Position numbers and translations under genes: made by a program
Part shown: positions 32,200-46,448 of the stretch, piece after piece
How positions within the stretch are numbered: the stretch's first letter is position 1
Layout of the letters: each line of letters starts with the position of its first letter
The notes under the pieces: model-generated
The model's database searches: none
Told to the model about the DNA's origin: nothing
The model's input: the letters and a program-made list of their open reading frames with translations, nothing else
Origin: Octopus vulgaris
Lineage: Eukaryota
NCBI GenBank assembly: GCA_951406725.2
Contig: OX597837.1
Coordinates: 44,330,001 to 44,394,000 of the forward strand
Direction of reading: 5' to 3'
DNA: 64,000 bases

Positions 32200-32948
32200 A
32201 ATCCTTTCTATTATAGGCCACAAGCCCCGAAATTTTTGGGGAGGGTGGCCAGTCGATTATATCGACCCCCAGTACTCAACTTGTACTTAATTTATCGACC
32301 CTGAAAAGATGATGGGTAAAATCGACCTCAGCGGAATTTGAACTCAGAACGTAGCGGCAGACGAAATACCTATTTCTTTACTACCCACAAGGGGCTAAAC
32401 ACTGAGAGGACAAACAAGGACAGACAAACGGATTAAGTCGATTATATCGACCCCAGTACTTAATTTATCAACCCCAAAAGGATGAAAAACAAAGTCGACC
32501 TCGGCGGGATTTGGACTCAGAATGTAGCGGCAGACGAAATACATATTTCTTTACTACCCACAAGGGGCTAAACACTGAGAGGACAAACAAGGACAGACAA
32601 ACGGATTAAGTCGATTATATCGACCCCAGTACTTAATTTATCAACCCCAAAAGGATGAAAAACAAAGTCGACCTCGGCGGGATTTGGACTCAGAATGTAG
32701 CGGCAGACGAAATACATATTTCTTTACTACCCACAAGGGGCTAAACACAGAGGGGACAAACAAGGACAGACAAACGGGTTAAGTCGATTATATCGACCCC
32801 AGTGCGTAACTGGTACTTATTTAATCGACCCCGAAAGGATGAAAGGCAAAGTCGACCTCGGTGGAATTTGAACTCAGAACGTAGCGGCAGGCGAAATACT
32901 GCTAAGCATTTCGCCCGGCGTGCTAACGATTCTACCAGCTCGCTGCCT
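32200..32948 (-). repeat. SINE A tandem multimer (about 4 units)
   Basis: Same tail-to-GGTATTTC junction on the minus strand (for example 32364-32376). Confidence 0.9.
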
Positions 32949-33319
32949 TAATGTTTTCAAATAATAATAAATGTTTTCAAATTTATATATCATCGACGAA
33001 GCACCTCCCTCTTATATCATCGACTCCCGAAAAGCTGTAAAATGCAATGTCGACCTCACCGGAATTTGAACCCAGAGCGTAAAGACATTTTGTCCGGCGT
33101 GCTAACGACTCTGTCATCTCGCCGCCTTTTCCTATTATAGGTAAAAGCCTAAAAATTGCTGCAAGGGCGCTAGTCAATCACGACTGGAACTTAAATTAAT
33201 AAGTTTTATGTTTGTAATTAATAAATTTTATGTCCCTCGTATGTGTGTGTGCATGTATATATATACATATATATACACACGCATATGTATATATATATAT
33301 TTAATTTTTTTTAGTTATG

Positions 33320-33538
33320 CGCCCTTTTCAAGCCTAGCCAGGCTCATGGGCCCAGTTTCCCGGTTTCTGTGACGTATGTGCTCCCCCCAGCTGGACGGGA
33401 CGCCAGTCCATCGCAGCGTTACTCAAGAAACAGGAAGAATGAGTGAGAGAAAGTTGGGGCGAAAGAGTACAACCGGGGTCGCCACCAACCCCTGCCGGAG
33501 CTTCGTGGAGCTTTAGGTGTTTTCGCTCAATAAACACA
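33320..33538 (-). mobile_element. SINE family C 3' part
   Basis: Homology to 56720-57022 and 50715-51008. Confidence 0.8.
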
Positions 33539-34149
33539 TATATATATGTGTGCTTGTGTAATTATAAAGTTCAAGGATCTAAGTGTTGGAAGTTTGTAAG
33601 CTTCGAGCAGTCCTTGGTAGATATTAAAAGCAACTCTCAGGAACTATAATATATTGTGGGCTTTTCACCAACCAAAATTCGAAAAGCTGAAAAGACTTTT
33701 TATAGCTCACGGTTAAGAAGTTGAGCTGCTATGAATGCAAATAAAAATTCAAATTCGGGGAGTGCGTCACGCCCTCAATTATATAGATTTATATGTGTGT
33801 GTGTGTGTATGTGTGTTGTGTATGTGTGTGTACGTGTGTGTGTGTGTGTTTCTGTGTATGTTTGTCCCCCACCACGTCTTGAGAACCGGCGTTCGTGCGT
33901 TTACATTCTCGTAAATTTGCGGTTCGATAGATTAAGTAGCAAGCTTTTGAAAAGTAAGTACTAGGGTTAATTCGTTCGACCCCCCCCCCCCCGCGGTGCC
34001 CCAGCATCGCCGTAGTTTAGTGACTGAATCAAGTACAAGATAAAAGATTTTAAAAATCTATAAAACTATATAATACATAATAGTAGTGGTCCTCCGTTGG
34101 TTACGACGACGAGGGTTCAAGTTGATCCGATCAGTCTACACCTGAAATT

Positions 34150-34790
34150 AACGCACTGGGGTCGATATAATCGATTTAATCCGTTCGTCTGTCTTTGTTT
34201 GTCCCCTCTGTGTGTAGTCCCTTGTGGGCAGTAAAGAAATAAGAAATGTTAGCGCGCCGGGCGAAATGCTTAGCGGTATTTCGTCTGCCGCTTCGTTCTG
34301 AGTTCAAATTTCGCCGAGGTCGACTTTGCCTTTCATCCTTTCGGTGTCGATAAATTAAGTACCAGTTACGCACTGGGGTCGATGTAATCGACTTAATACC
34401 TATGTCTGTTCTTGTTTGTCTCCTCTGTATTTAGCCCCTTGTGGGTAATAAAGAAATAGATATTTTGTCTGTCTTTACGTCCTGAGTTCAAATTCCGCTG
34501 AGGTCGACTTTGCCTTTCATCCTTTCGGGGTCGATTAAATAAGTACCAGTTACGCACTGGGTCCATATAATCGACTTAATCCGTTTGTCTGTCCTTGTTC
34601 GTCCCCTCTGTATTTAGCCCCTTGTGGGTAGTAAAGAAATAGGTATTTCGTCTGTTTTTACGCTCTGAGCTCAAATTCCGCCGAGGTCGACAAATTAAGT
34701 ACCAGTTGCGTAATAGGGTCGATTCAATCGACTAGCCTTATCCCTCAAACTTTCGAACCTTGTGCCTAGAGTAGAATAGTATATTTCTTT
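34150..34790 (+). repeat. SINE A multimer
   Basis: Tail joined to the AGAA head site (about 34242) and to the GGTA-position site (about 34459 and 34642). Confidence 0.88.
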
Positions 34791-35252
34791 ATTGAAAAGA
34801 ACTAGGCGTAACCCCATTTTCTTTGTAAACGAAGCACCTCCCTCTCTACTCTGATTTTTCTTATTGCTTTGAACTATATTCAGACTTACATCTCGATGTA
34901 CTTCCTTGAAAACTGCCGCAAGGAGTTTTACGTGTCTGAATACAACTTGAAGTCCTATGTTGACAAGTATAAAATCTTTTAAGTACGTAGACACTGCGCA
35001 GGCTTAAGTATTTACGTAAATACGTGTATATATGTAAGCATACATCACTCATGACTAAAGCACGTGTTCTAAATAGCAACCCAAGCGTTGCACCCGTTTC
35101 TTACAGTACAAGGTTGAAAACAAGTTAATACAATTGCATTGTGAGCACTTGCTGAGGTACAAACAATACAACACATAGTTACTTATAAACGCATACACAC
35201 TCGAACGCATGCACACACACACCTACACTCACAATATATATATATATTATAT

Positions 35253-35668
35253 AGGAGTGGCTGTGTGGTAAGTAGCTTGTTTACCAGCCACATGGTTCCG
35301 GGTTCAGTCCCACTGCGTGGCACCTTGGGCAAGTGTCTTCTACTATAGCCTCGGGCCGACCAAAGCCTTGTGAGTGGATTTGGTAGACGGAAACTGAAAG
35401 AAGCCCGTCGTATATATGTATGTATATATATATATATATATATATGTTTGTGTGTGTTTGTGTGAGTGTGCTTGTCCCTCTAGCATTGCTTGACAACAGA
35501 TGCTGGTGTGTTTATGTCCCATTACCTAGCAGTTCGGCAAAAGAAACCGATAGAATAAGTACTGGGCTTACAAAAGAATAAGTCCCGAGGTCGAGTTGCT
35601 CGATTAAAGGCGGTGCTCCAGCATGGCCGCAGTCAAATGACTGAAACAAGTAAAAGAGTAAAAGAGTA
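35253..35668 (+). mobile_element. SINE family B
   Basis: Near full-length homology; AAAAGAGT tail repeats. Confidence 0.93.
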
Positions 35669-36119
35669 TATATACATATATAATATTTATAGTCTATTGA
35701 CTAATTTTTCTACACGCTAGGCCACAGGTAGTAAAGATTTCTAAAGTCTTTATTACCTTGATATTATTAATTATTGATAATTTTTTTTCTGGAAAATTGT
35801 TCGAAGAAATACCGGTATTTTTTTGCTACCGACAAAAAAACTGCGCTTGCGCGGTGGATTCGAAAAATTATAATGTATAAGCAAGAGGCACATGCTGGAT
35901 TTGCCTCGTACTTATATGTTTAATCTAGGTGTACCTGTTGATGAAGACTTCGCCCAGCAAATTATTTTATTTGCAGTCTTCAAAACTTGCACTAAGAATA
36001 AGGACAAGGTAAAATTACAGCCTACTTTTATAGCAAGTTGATGAAGGTAGTTTATCCCGTCCCTACTCCGACTTTTAATTCATGCAATTGAAAAACCGTA
36101 TTATTTATGGGATGACCCA

Positions 36120-36157
<38 letters not shown>

Positions 36158-36274
36158 TTATTGGAAGGTTTGGAGATGATATACAGGTATTTTATATTTG
36201 AAGAAATGAGGTACTCAGAAATTCGGATGGCTTTATATTTACAGATATTTATTTGTATATTACATGTTTTCATA

Positions 36275-36335
<61 letters not shown>

Positions 36336-37590
36336 TATACATACATACATCCGTACACACAGACACATATGCATATGTATACCATAAAGCGCTCAATACA
36401 CTTGGAACAGTGGATAGATATATATTCATAAAATCAAACTTGTTCGTCTACTTAGAGCTGAGCGGTTCACGCTTGAATATCGTGCACAGTCCAAAATGAC
36501 ACGAAACTCTTACTAGACTATCAGCTTTTGGTATAATATAGTATAAAACACTATATACAGCGAGATTGCTATGTGGCTGCGAAGCAAGCTTCTTTACCAC
36601 AAAGCAATACTTGTGCATTGTAATTACTTTTTTTTTTATCGACTTCAAAATGATAAAGAAAGGCAAAAATTAACCCCCACGGGATTCGAACCCGGAAACA
36701 GAGAGTGGGTTTAAATACTGCGTGTGATTGTATCCAAAACGCTAATGACTGTGCTATCCCATCCCTTAACTACTGTTTGACTCAGTCCACTGAGTTTTAA
36801 GTCTTCCAATGTTTACATATATACTACAGTGACCATATGGCGTCTCTACAGTAGTGGAAATATGACGAAATTTACAACTCTTTTCTTGAGTATCTTCTGA
36901 ATTCAAATCCTTCATTTTAGTCGCCCTAATGATCTTAGATTTTCTCTCTATCAGATTTGTATAAATCAATAGTTTAAGCAATGGTTTAAGTCGGTTACAT
37001 CGCCCCCAGTGTTTAAGTGGTACATATTTTATCAACCCCAAAACAATGAAAGGCAAAGTCGACCTCGGCGGAATTTGAACTCACAACGTAACGACAGACG
37101 AAATACCGTTAAGCATTTCGCCCGGCGTGCTAACGTTTCTGCCAGCTCGCCGCCCTTAAACTAAATGCTGCTGGACTAAATGCCTCGGCGATATTCTCTT
37201 CCGGTTTCTTATGTTTAGCGCGAAAAATCCCATCGAGGGACGGGTTTGCTTTTCATTATTCCAAAGCCAATAAAACATTTATCGCCAGTGAAAATACATA
37301 AGTTTACTCGGTATTATTTATCCATCCCTCATATAAAGGCATTGTATGTTAATGTTCAAAAATCAATATTTTGCATTCAGTAAACGGATCGATTATTACA
37401 TTAACGCCTCTTTATGTAATTATAGACAATATTTGATTGTAATGCTTTATCTCTCTCTCACCCTCTCTCAGTAAAAGCTTGATTAACCATCAAATCTGGT
37501 ATCGATTATACTTTCAAGTGATCTTTTAAGTTTTAGGATGGTTCAAGGGCTCTAAACCAGAAAGCAAAGTACTTGGTTTCAGATCGGACA

Positions 37591-37714
37591 TTGATGATGA
37601 TGACGATGATGATGATGATGGTGGTGGTGGTGATGATGATGGTAGTGGGGGTGATGATGGTAGTGTTGATGGTGATGATGATGGTGGTGGTGGTGGTGGT
37701 GGTGGTGGTGGTGG

Positions 37715-37746
<32 letters not shown>

Positions 37747-38342
37747 GTGACGATGGTAGCGGGGGTGATGATGGTGATGATGATGATGATAATGGTGATG
37801 CTGATGGTGATGATGACGATGGTAGTGTTGATGATGATAATGATGATGATGGTGGTGGTGGTGGTGATGATGATGATGACGATGGTAGTGGGGGTGATGA
37901 TGGTAGTGTTGATGATGATGATGGTGGTGGTGGTGGTGGTGATGGTGGTGATGATGATGATGATGACGATGGTAGTGGGGGTGATGATGGTAGTGTTGAT
38001 GATGATGATGGTGGTGGTGGTGGTGGTGGTGGTGGTGATGATGATGATGATGACGATGGTAGTGGGGGTGATGATGGTAGTGTTGATGATGATGATGGTG
38101 GTGGTGGTGGTGGTGGTGGTGGTGGTGATGATGATGATGATGACGATGGTAGTGGGGGTGATGATGGTAGTGTTGATGATGATGGTGATGGCAGTGGCTG
38201 TGGTGGTGGTGGTGATGATGATGATGATGATGATCACAACGACGACGATGGCGACATTTAATGACGACAGCAACGATGATAAGTCCAACGACGACGACGA
38301 CGATTAGTGATGACGATGATGATGATGATGATGACGATGATG
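37591..38342. repeat. (GAT)n/(GGT)n compound repeat with higher-order units
   Basis: Recurring GACGATGGTAGTGGGGGTGATGATGGTAGTGTTGATG block. Confidence 0.95.
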
Positions 38343-38488
38343 GCAATCTAGTTCAGCTTCCGGCTAAACTGATTCACTGCACACCTATAATCACAAGCAT
38401 TCAAACCGCCATTTTCCGGTTTTTCTTCTTAGTTCCATAGTTCGTATAACATTACATTATCTAAACAAGTTCTTCTTTATCTTCCAAG

Positions 38489-38533
38489 GACATTTCTCAG
38501 AGAAATTTGAAAACGATATCGCTGCTGCTTTTC
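38489..38533 (+). other. Candidate 45-nt internal exon (xHFSEKFENDIAAAF)
   Basis: Polypyrimidine acceptor TTCTTCTTTATCTTCCAAG|G; donor TC|GTATGT; length divisible by 3 and open in phase 1. Confidence 0.4.
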
Positions 38534-38779
38534 GTATGTCGAAAAACTGGCATCCCAACCACATGGTTCCGGTTTCAGTCCCACTGTGGGACTTGGGTAA
38601 GTGCCTTCCACTATAGCCTAGGGCCGACCAAAGCCGTTGGCTATAAGTAGTGGATTTGGTAGAGAGAAGCAGAGACACGCCCTTCGTACACACATACACA
38701 CACACACATACACACACATATATATATGTATATATATATGTATATAAATATATGCATATATATATGCCGGGGCGTCGCC

Positions 38780-38943
38780 GTGAATTTTAGTCGAGCAAAT
38801 CGACCCCAAGACTTATTCTTTGTAAACCTAGTACTTATTCTATCGGTCTCTTATGCCGAACTGCTAAGTTACGGGGACATAAACACACTAGTACCGGTTG
38901 TCAAGTGATGGTGGTGGGGGACAGACACACACAAATACATACA

Positions 38944-38974
<31 letters not shown>

Positions 38975-39133
38975 GCATACGATGGGCTTCTTTCAGTTTC
39001 CGTCTAGCAAATCCACTCACAAGGCTTTGGCCAGCCTGAGGCTATAGTAAAAGACACTTGCCTAAGGTGCCACGCAGTGGGACTGAACCCGGAACAATGT
39101 TGTTGGGAAGCAAGCTTCTTACCACACAGCCAC
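38780..39133 (-). mobile_element. SINE family B
   Basis: Homology to family B. Confidence 0.9.
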
Positions 39134-39318
39134 AAAGTAAAATACTTCATTGCCATCTTCTAATTCGTAATTAAAGAGTTATCCGTTTGGCATTATTTTT
39201 GCCATTAATTACTGGAATATTATTCTAAGCAGTTCCTTTGTAATGAACATCCGGGCAAATATTTGATCTAAAAAATATAATTTTTATTAGAAAATAAAAA
39301 AAAGAAGTCAGCAAAGAA

Positions 39319-39480
39319 GGCGCAGGAGTGGCTGTGTGGTAAGTAGCTTGCTTACCAACCACATGGTTCCGGGTTCAGTCCCACTGCGTGGCATCTTGGG
39401 CAAGTGTCTTCTACTATAGCCTCGGGCCGACCAAAGCCTTGTGAGTGGATTTGGTAGACGGAAACTGAAAGAAGCCCGAC

Positions 39481-39530
<50 letters not shown>

Positions 39531-39752
39531 GCGTGTATGTTTGTGGGTCTGTGTTTGTCCCCCTAGCATTGCTTGACAACCGATGCTGGTGTGTTTATGT
39601 CCCCGTCACTTAGCGGTTCGGCAAAAGGGACCGATAGAATAAGTACTGGGCTTACAAAGAATAAGTCCCGGGGTCGAGTTGCTCGATTAAAAAGCGGTGC
39701 TCCAGCATGGCCGCAGTCAAATGACTGAAACAAGTAAAAGAGTAAAAGAGTA
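39319..39752 (+). mobile_element. Full-length SINE family B (reference copy)
   Basis: tRNA-like head with TGGCTGTGTGG A-box and GGTTCAGTCCC B-box, central CTTGGGCAAGTGTCTT, internal (TA)n(TG)n, (AAAAGAGT)n tail. Confidence 0.95.
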
Positions 39753-39799
39753 AAATTTACAAAAAATAAAACTGAAGATTCTGTGATCTGCAGTGGTTC

Positions 39800-40470
39800 G
39801 TTATGATCGATAATGATTTTTAGCGACCAATACCAGTTTGTTATCAATGGTGACCTCAAGTGGTCGTTTGTGGTCGCTAGAGATTAGACCGTTGGCTGTC
39901 TCTAGTCATCGATATTGTTTTGTGTAACTGAAACCCGAGTGTCGTTTTGGTCAGCTGAAAGCAGTTTCGGAACGAACTTAGCAGACACGTGTCTCATACC
40001 CAAATCTTCAGTGATGATGGACTGAACTGAACCGTAACTAATCTGCATAACTCACGGATGGTGATTTGACGATTTCCCCCTCACAGCTACATGCACATCT
40101 GAGATGTTATTCTCAGTCCCGCCTGTTGTAGGTCTCCCAGGACGTTCGTCAATATCGACACTTTTTTCGGGCCATCTTGGAAACGTCTGAACCAACTCGT
40201 ATATTTGTGTACGGCTCATACACTCCTTTACATACACTTTCTGCAACTTTGCCTCTGAGCAGCTATCGTCAAGCATTTGGCAAAATTTGATGCAGATTCT
40301 CTGCTCAACTTTCTCTGTCAAGGTCAATGCAACGATCACACGCTACACACCTTCCTTCAAAGCACTGCTTTAAACAACCGAAGTGAACTAGAACGTTAAA
40401 ACTTAGTGCGCATGCACAGTAGAGTTCAAGGTGAATCTGTGCCAAGCGATTTCACTTTGCGTGCTTTAGC
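39800..40470 (-). pseudogene. Mariner transposase 5' remnant
   Basis: EQRICIKFC...LQKVY..ECMSRTQIYE...DERPGRPTT. Confidence 0.85.
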
Positions 40471-40638
40471 TTCGTTAAGTAGAAAGATAAAAGAAATGAC
40501 GAAATACAGATAGTGTGACAAGATAATCAGACGTTCAAACATTCATACGTATCAAACCCTCTTAACCTGCTTACATGCAAAATGAAACCAGGCATACGCA
40601 GGAGTGGCTGTGTGATAAGAAAATTGCTTCCCAAGCAA

Positions 40639-41063
40639 GGCGGCGAGCTGGCAGAATCGTTAGCACGCCGGGCGAAATGCTTAGCGGTATTTCGTCTGCC
40701 GCTAAGTTCTGAGTTCAAATTCCGCCGAGGTCGACTTTGCCTTTCATCCTTTCGCGGGGTTGATAAAATAAGTACCAGTTACGCACTGGGGTCGATGTAA
40801 TCGACTTAATCCGTGTGTCTGTCCTTGTTTGTCCTCTCTGTGTTTAGCCCCTTGTGGGTAGTACAGAAATAGAAATAGGTATTTCGTCTGCCGCTACGTT
40901 CTGAGTTCAAATTCCGCTGAGGTCAACTTTGCCTTTCATCCTTTCGGGGGGTTTGATAAAATAAGTACTAGTTACGCTCTGGGGTCGATGGAATCGACTC
41001 AATTCCTTTGTCTGTTCTTGTTTGTCCCCACTATCTTGAGCCCCCTGTGGGCAATAAAGAAAT
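40639..41063 (+). mobile_element. SINE A dimer nested in a SINE B head
   Basis: TSD AAGAAA(A/C)TTGCTTCCCAAGCA at 40617-40637 and 41064-41084; host SINE B continues to about 41735. Confidence 0.92.
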
Positions 41064-41199
41064 AAGAAACTTGCTTCCCAAGCATATGATTTCGGGTTCG
41101 GTTCCACTGCGTGGCACCTTGGGCAAGTGTCTTCTACTATAGCTTCGGGTCGACCAAAGCCCTGTGAATGGATTTGGTAGACAGAAACTGAAAGAGCCC

Positions 41200-41297
<98 letters not shown>

Positions 41298-41395
41298 CGG
41301 GAAGCTTTATGAAAATAGACAAAAGACGAAGGCAGGTTTACGGAAATAAACAAAAGACGAAGGCAGGTGGAATACAAACAAACAATTGTATTATA

Positions 41396-41475
<80 letters not shown>

Positions 41476-41845
41476 TTATATATATATATATATACATATT
41501 TATATATATATATATATATATGTATTTTTGTATTTGTGTGTCTGTGCTTGTCCTCTCATCATCGCTTGACAACCGAGATTGGTGTGTTACGCCCCCGCAA
41601 CTTAGCAGTTCAGCAAAAGCGACCAAAGAGAATAAGTAATAGGCTTACGAGGAATTAAGTCCTGGGATCGACTTCTTCTTCGACAAAAGGCGGTGCGCCA
41701 GCATGGCCTCAGTCAAATGGCTGAAACAAGTAAACGAGGAAGCAAGGATAAATAGAGGGAACGCCACCACGGAATTTATGCACAAGAAATACTCACAGAT
41801 ATACCTCCATTTAATATATAACAAACTTTGCTGCTGCTGCTGCTG

Positions 41846-41908
<63 letters not shown>

Positions 41909-42145
41909 TAGTTAGTCGGATTATCTCTTTCGTGATCTAAAGTGCATTCAAAATAACACAAACACACTCCTATTGACAGCAGTAAGCTGTACGTACATGT
42001 CTACATGTATATAATGTATACATACACATATAAATGTACAAAGATATATAAACATGTATATATACACACACACACATATATTTATATATACATACATATA
42101 TATATATGTATGTATATATATGTGTATATATATATGTATATATGT

Positions 42146-42190
<45 letters not shown>

Positions 42191-42345
42191 AACACACACA
42201 TACACACACACACACACATATATATATATATCCAGATGAATATTCGTTGAAAGCATCGATTCCTTCCACAAAGTGTTCTTCAAGATAATACCTCAGCATG
42301 GCCGCAGTCTAATTAGTGTAGCAAATAACAGATACAAATATATAA

Positions 42346-42415
<70 letters not shown>

Positions 42416-42776
42416 ATATGCACATGCATGCAATACTGTACACCGTATATATGAAGTCAGGCATTGTAATAGATATGTATCTGACAGCAAATTCATTTGA
42501 AAGACGCATGTTGTGATATCGCATGTTGGCTATTGTGCTCCACTCCTCCTCCTCCTCCTCCTCCTCCTCCTCCTCCTCCTCGTCATCGTCATCATCACCA
42601 TCACCATCGTGATCATCATCATCATCCTCATCATCATCATCATCGTCATCTTCATCATCATCATCGTCATAATCATCATGATCATGATCATCATCATCAT
42701 CACATATGTACAATTATGTAGTTTATTAAAAGCAAAACACATACGCACGCGTGCACACATACACACACACACACAG

Positions 42777-42811
<35 letters not shown>

Positions 42812-43292
42812 AATACACACGATATTTACAAGGACAGAACCCTAACGCGTTCAGCACAGGTTTTTGCCGGAAATCTTTAGAGTTTAGAATCAATTCTTTG
42901 TGTGACAGTAACCGGAGACTTTTAATCCACGTCCGGGCTTTACACGGCTCACCTTCAGACGAACTCTTTTTATCATTTGATAGTATATAATTACACATAT
43001 ACATACGCACGCACACACACACAAACACACACACGAACACATACACGCATACATGCAAGCATGCACACACAAACACACATATAGACAGTTATAATTATAT
43101 AATTATAGTTATAGCGAATAGCATATATATTATTATACATGCTTTAACGTCTGTATATATGCGCGCGTGCATGTATGTTTACATATATGTATGTATAGAT
43201 GTATATATATGCATATAGTGACAGCTATAATCATATAATCATAAGTTATACTGAATAGCGTGTTAATATATATGCATTTACGTATGTATGTA

Positions 43293-43385
<93 letters not shown>

Positions 43386-43617
43386 GTCTATCTGTCTGTC
43401 TGTCTAACTCTCTCTCTCTCTCACTCTCTCTCTCTATCTCTCTCTCTCTATCTATCTGTCTATGCAGATATATCTATAGACAGATATATTCATAAACCTA
43501 TTGATTACAAATTTTGACATAAGTCCAGCAATTTTGGGGGCGGGGCCAAGTCGATTACAGTGACCCCGATGCTCAGCTGGTACAGATTTTCGCCTATATA
43601 GTATATGATATCATTAT

Positions 43618-43928
<311 letters not shown>

Positions 43929-43950
43929 TATATATCAAATTTCACAAATA

Positions 43951-43991
<41 letters not shown>

Positions 43992-44125
43992 TTAGAAAAA
44001 AAACCACCTTTTAACAATTCAATAATGAAAAATTAAATTAAATTAATATATTCTATAATATGTAATTTTCTAAATGGTATAATTTAATTTTTCATTATTG
44101 AATTGATAAAATGTGTTCACAAACA

Positions 44126-44260
<135 letters not shown>

Positions 44261-44964
44261 GGGATACATATGAGAAGATACACAGGCGAACAGTTATGAA
44301 GCATAATACACGTGTGTTGTGTCGTGACAAGCACACCGAAGAGTGCAAGTTTATTTACGTTCACACCATACGCGCTGCGGTCAAACAATCTCAAAACACC
44401 AAGACTTCTATTGACTTAAACAAAAAACAAAAAAATACGCCTTGCAGCTTTGTAAAGCGACCGGCTTCTGCAAGGGAAAAAACTTGAAATAAATCCCAAA
44501 GACACACACACACACACACAAACTTATATAAATGAAGAGTAAAATACACAAAGAATCTCGTATAATCTCAACTAGACATTTTATATCTTCATAGTGTCGA
44601 ATAAAACATGGAAGCTTTACAAAATACAATGGCGGAGAGAAATATAAAAGTTTTTGCTTACAAAAAGACTCGGCGCACAAATATTTATTATGTAACTTAT
44701 TCTGCCGTAATCACGCGGAGCAGATGAAAGAGAGGCGGCCGAAGAAGGGGAATTTTCCCTGTGTTCTACGTCCTGTACTTTGTTTTTTCGTTGTTTAAGA
44801 AAAATGCCTATTTCCTTGGTTTTGTGTCTATGTTTTCGTTCCTCATTGTGTTCGACGTTTTTTTTCTAATGTCCTGTACCCATATATGCATGTATGTATA
44901 CATGTAGATGTAGGTACGTACATATGTGTATGTATATATGCATATGTTTTATTTATTAATATGT

Positions 44965-45002
<38 letters not shown>

Positions 45003-45004
<2 letters not shown>

Positions 45005-45402
45005 TTTTATTCTTTTACTTGTTTCAGTCATTTGACTGTGGCCATGCTGGAGCACCGCCTTTAGTCGTGCAAATCGACTTGCTCTTTGGAAGCCTAGTAC
45101 TTATTCTATCGGCCTCTTTTGCCGGACCGCTAAGTTACGGGAACGAAAACACACCAGCATCGGTTGTCAAGCGATTTTTTTTTGGGGGGGACAAACACAG
45201 ATACACACATACACACACATATATATATACATATATACGGCAGGCTTCTTTCAGTTTCCGTCTACCAAATCCACTCACAAGGCTTTGGTCGGCTAGAGCC
45301 TATAGTAGAAGACACTTGCCCAAGGTTCCACGTAGTGGGAATGAACCCGGAACCATGTGGGGTTGGTAAGCAAGCTACTTACCACACAGCCACTCTTGCA
45401 CC
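45003..45402 (-). mobile_element. SINE family B
   Basis: Homology to family B. Confidence 0.9.
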
Positions 45403-45670
45403 TATGCACACATTTTTATATACGTATTATAAATAACTCGGTTTTCCAAAGGAGCCCTTGCTAGTTAGCTATTTGACTATCGAACTAGCTTGCTGTATTG
45501 CTTAAATAGCAGAGTAAAACAATTAGCTATACTTCTCTGGCTAAGCTGGATTTAAACAACTTCCTACCCAGCGGCAGAGAAAGAATCCCCGGCCCCCCAC
45601 CCCGAAATATTTCTATTGTTGTCGGTCGTATATTTAATATGCTGGCTCATGTGAAAGCTTGATATGTATA

Positions 45671-45704
<34 letters not shown>

Positions 45705-45930
45705 TAACATTCAACCTCCACCACCACTGCCACCGCCACCACCGCCGCTTGCGCCACCACCACCATTAACCATCATCACAATAACTGCCACAACCCCTTA
45801 CAATCGCCATCTCATCGTACCCCAAGGCGGGCGTATTGTGCGCTACCAAGAAAGAAGAAACCCCTTAGTAACAACATGGCGGCTGCTCGTTAAACACCGG
45901 TTACAGCCTACTGCTGTCGTTGCTGCTGCG

Positions 45931-45995
<65 letters not shown>

Positions 45996-46249
45996 CAACA
46001 CCAACACCACCCAGCTCACTTTTTAGATCATTATTGCTCGTTGTTGTTGCTGTTTTGTTTGTTGGTTTGTTTGTTTGTTGAGCGAAGCGGTCTTCGTCCC
46101 AGAGTGGGAGACGTCCGAAACGTGGTCCTTTGCTATTCGTAAGACCCGCAGAAGAGAAAGCAGGTCAACCCTCCGACACTGAGAGCATCGACGGATGGAT
46201 GAATGCGCATCCAGGCTCAGCGGTTGCGTAGGAAGTCGGGGACAAGAAA

Positions 46250-46448
46250 TGGGAGGAAAGAGAGAGAGAGAGAGAGAGAATGTTGGAGCGAAAGATTACA
46301 ACAGGGGTCGCCACCACCCCCTGCCGGAGCCTCGTGGAGCTTTTAGGTGTTTTCACTCAATAAACACTCACAACGCCCGGTCTGGGAATCGAAACCGCGA
46401 TTCTCCGACCGCGAGTCCGCTGCCCTAACCACTGGGCCATTGCGCCTC
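46250..46448 (-). mobile_element. SINE family C
   Basis: Reverse-complement head GAGGCGCAATGGCCCAGTGGTTAGGGCAGCGGACTCGCGGTC...GGTTTCGATTCCC. Confidence 0.88.

Noticed and set aside
37533-38346. Long poly-M/V, poly-H and poly-I/T ORFs
   Set aside because: GAT/GGT repeat open in several frames on both strands; no splice or homology support
39319-39395. tRNA genes at SINE heads
   Set aside because: A and B boxes continue into SINE bodies; no complete cloverleaf or terminator was seen
42830-42990. Unique segment within the 79-aa ORF
   Set aside because: The ORF starts in a microsatellite; splice signals are weak and no domain was recognised
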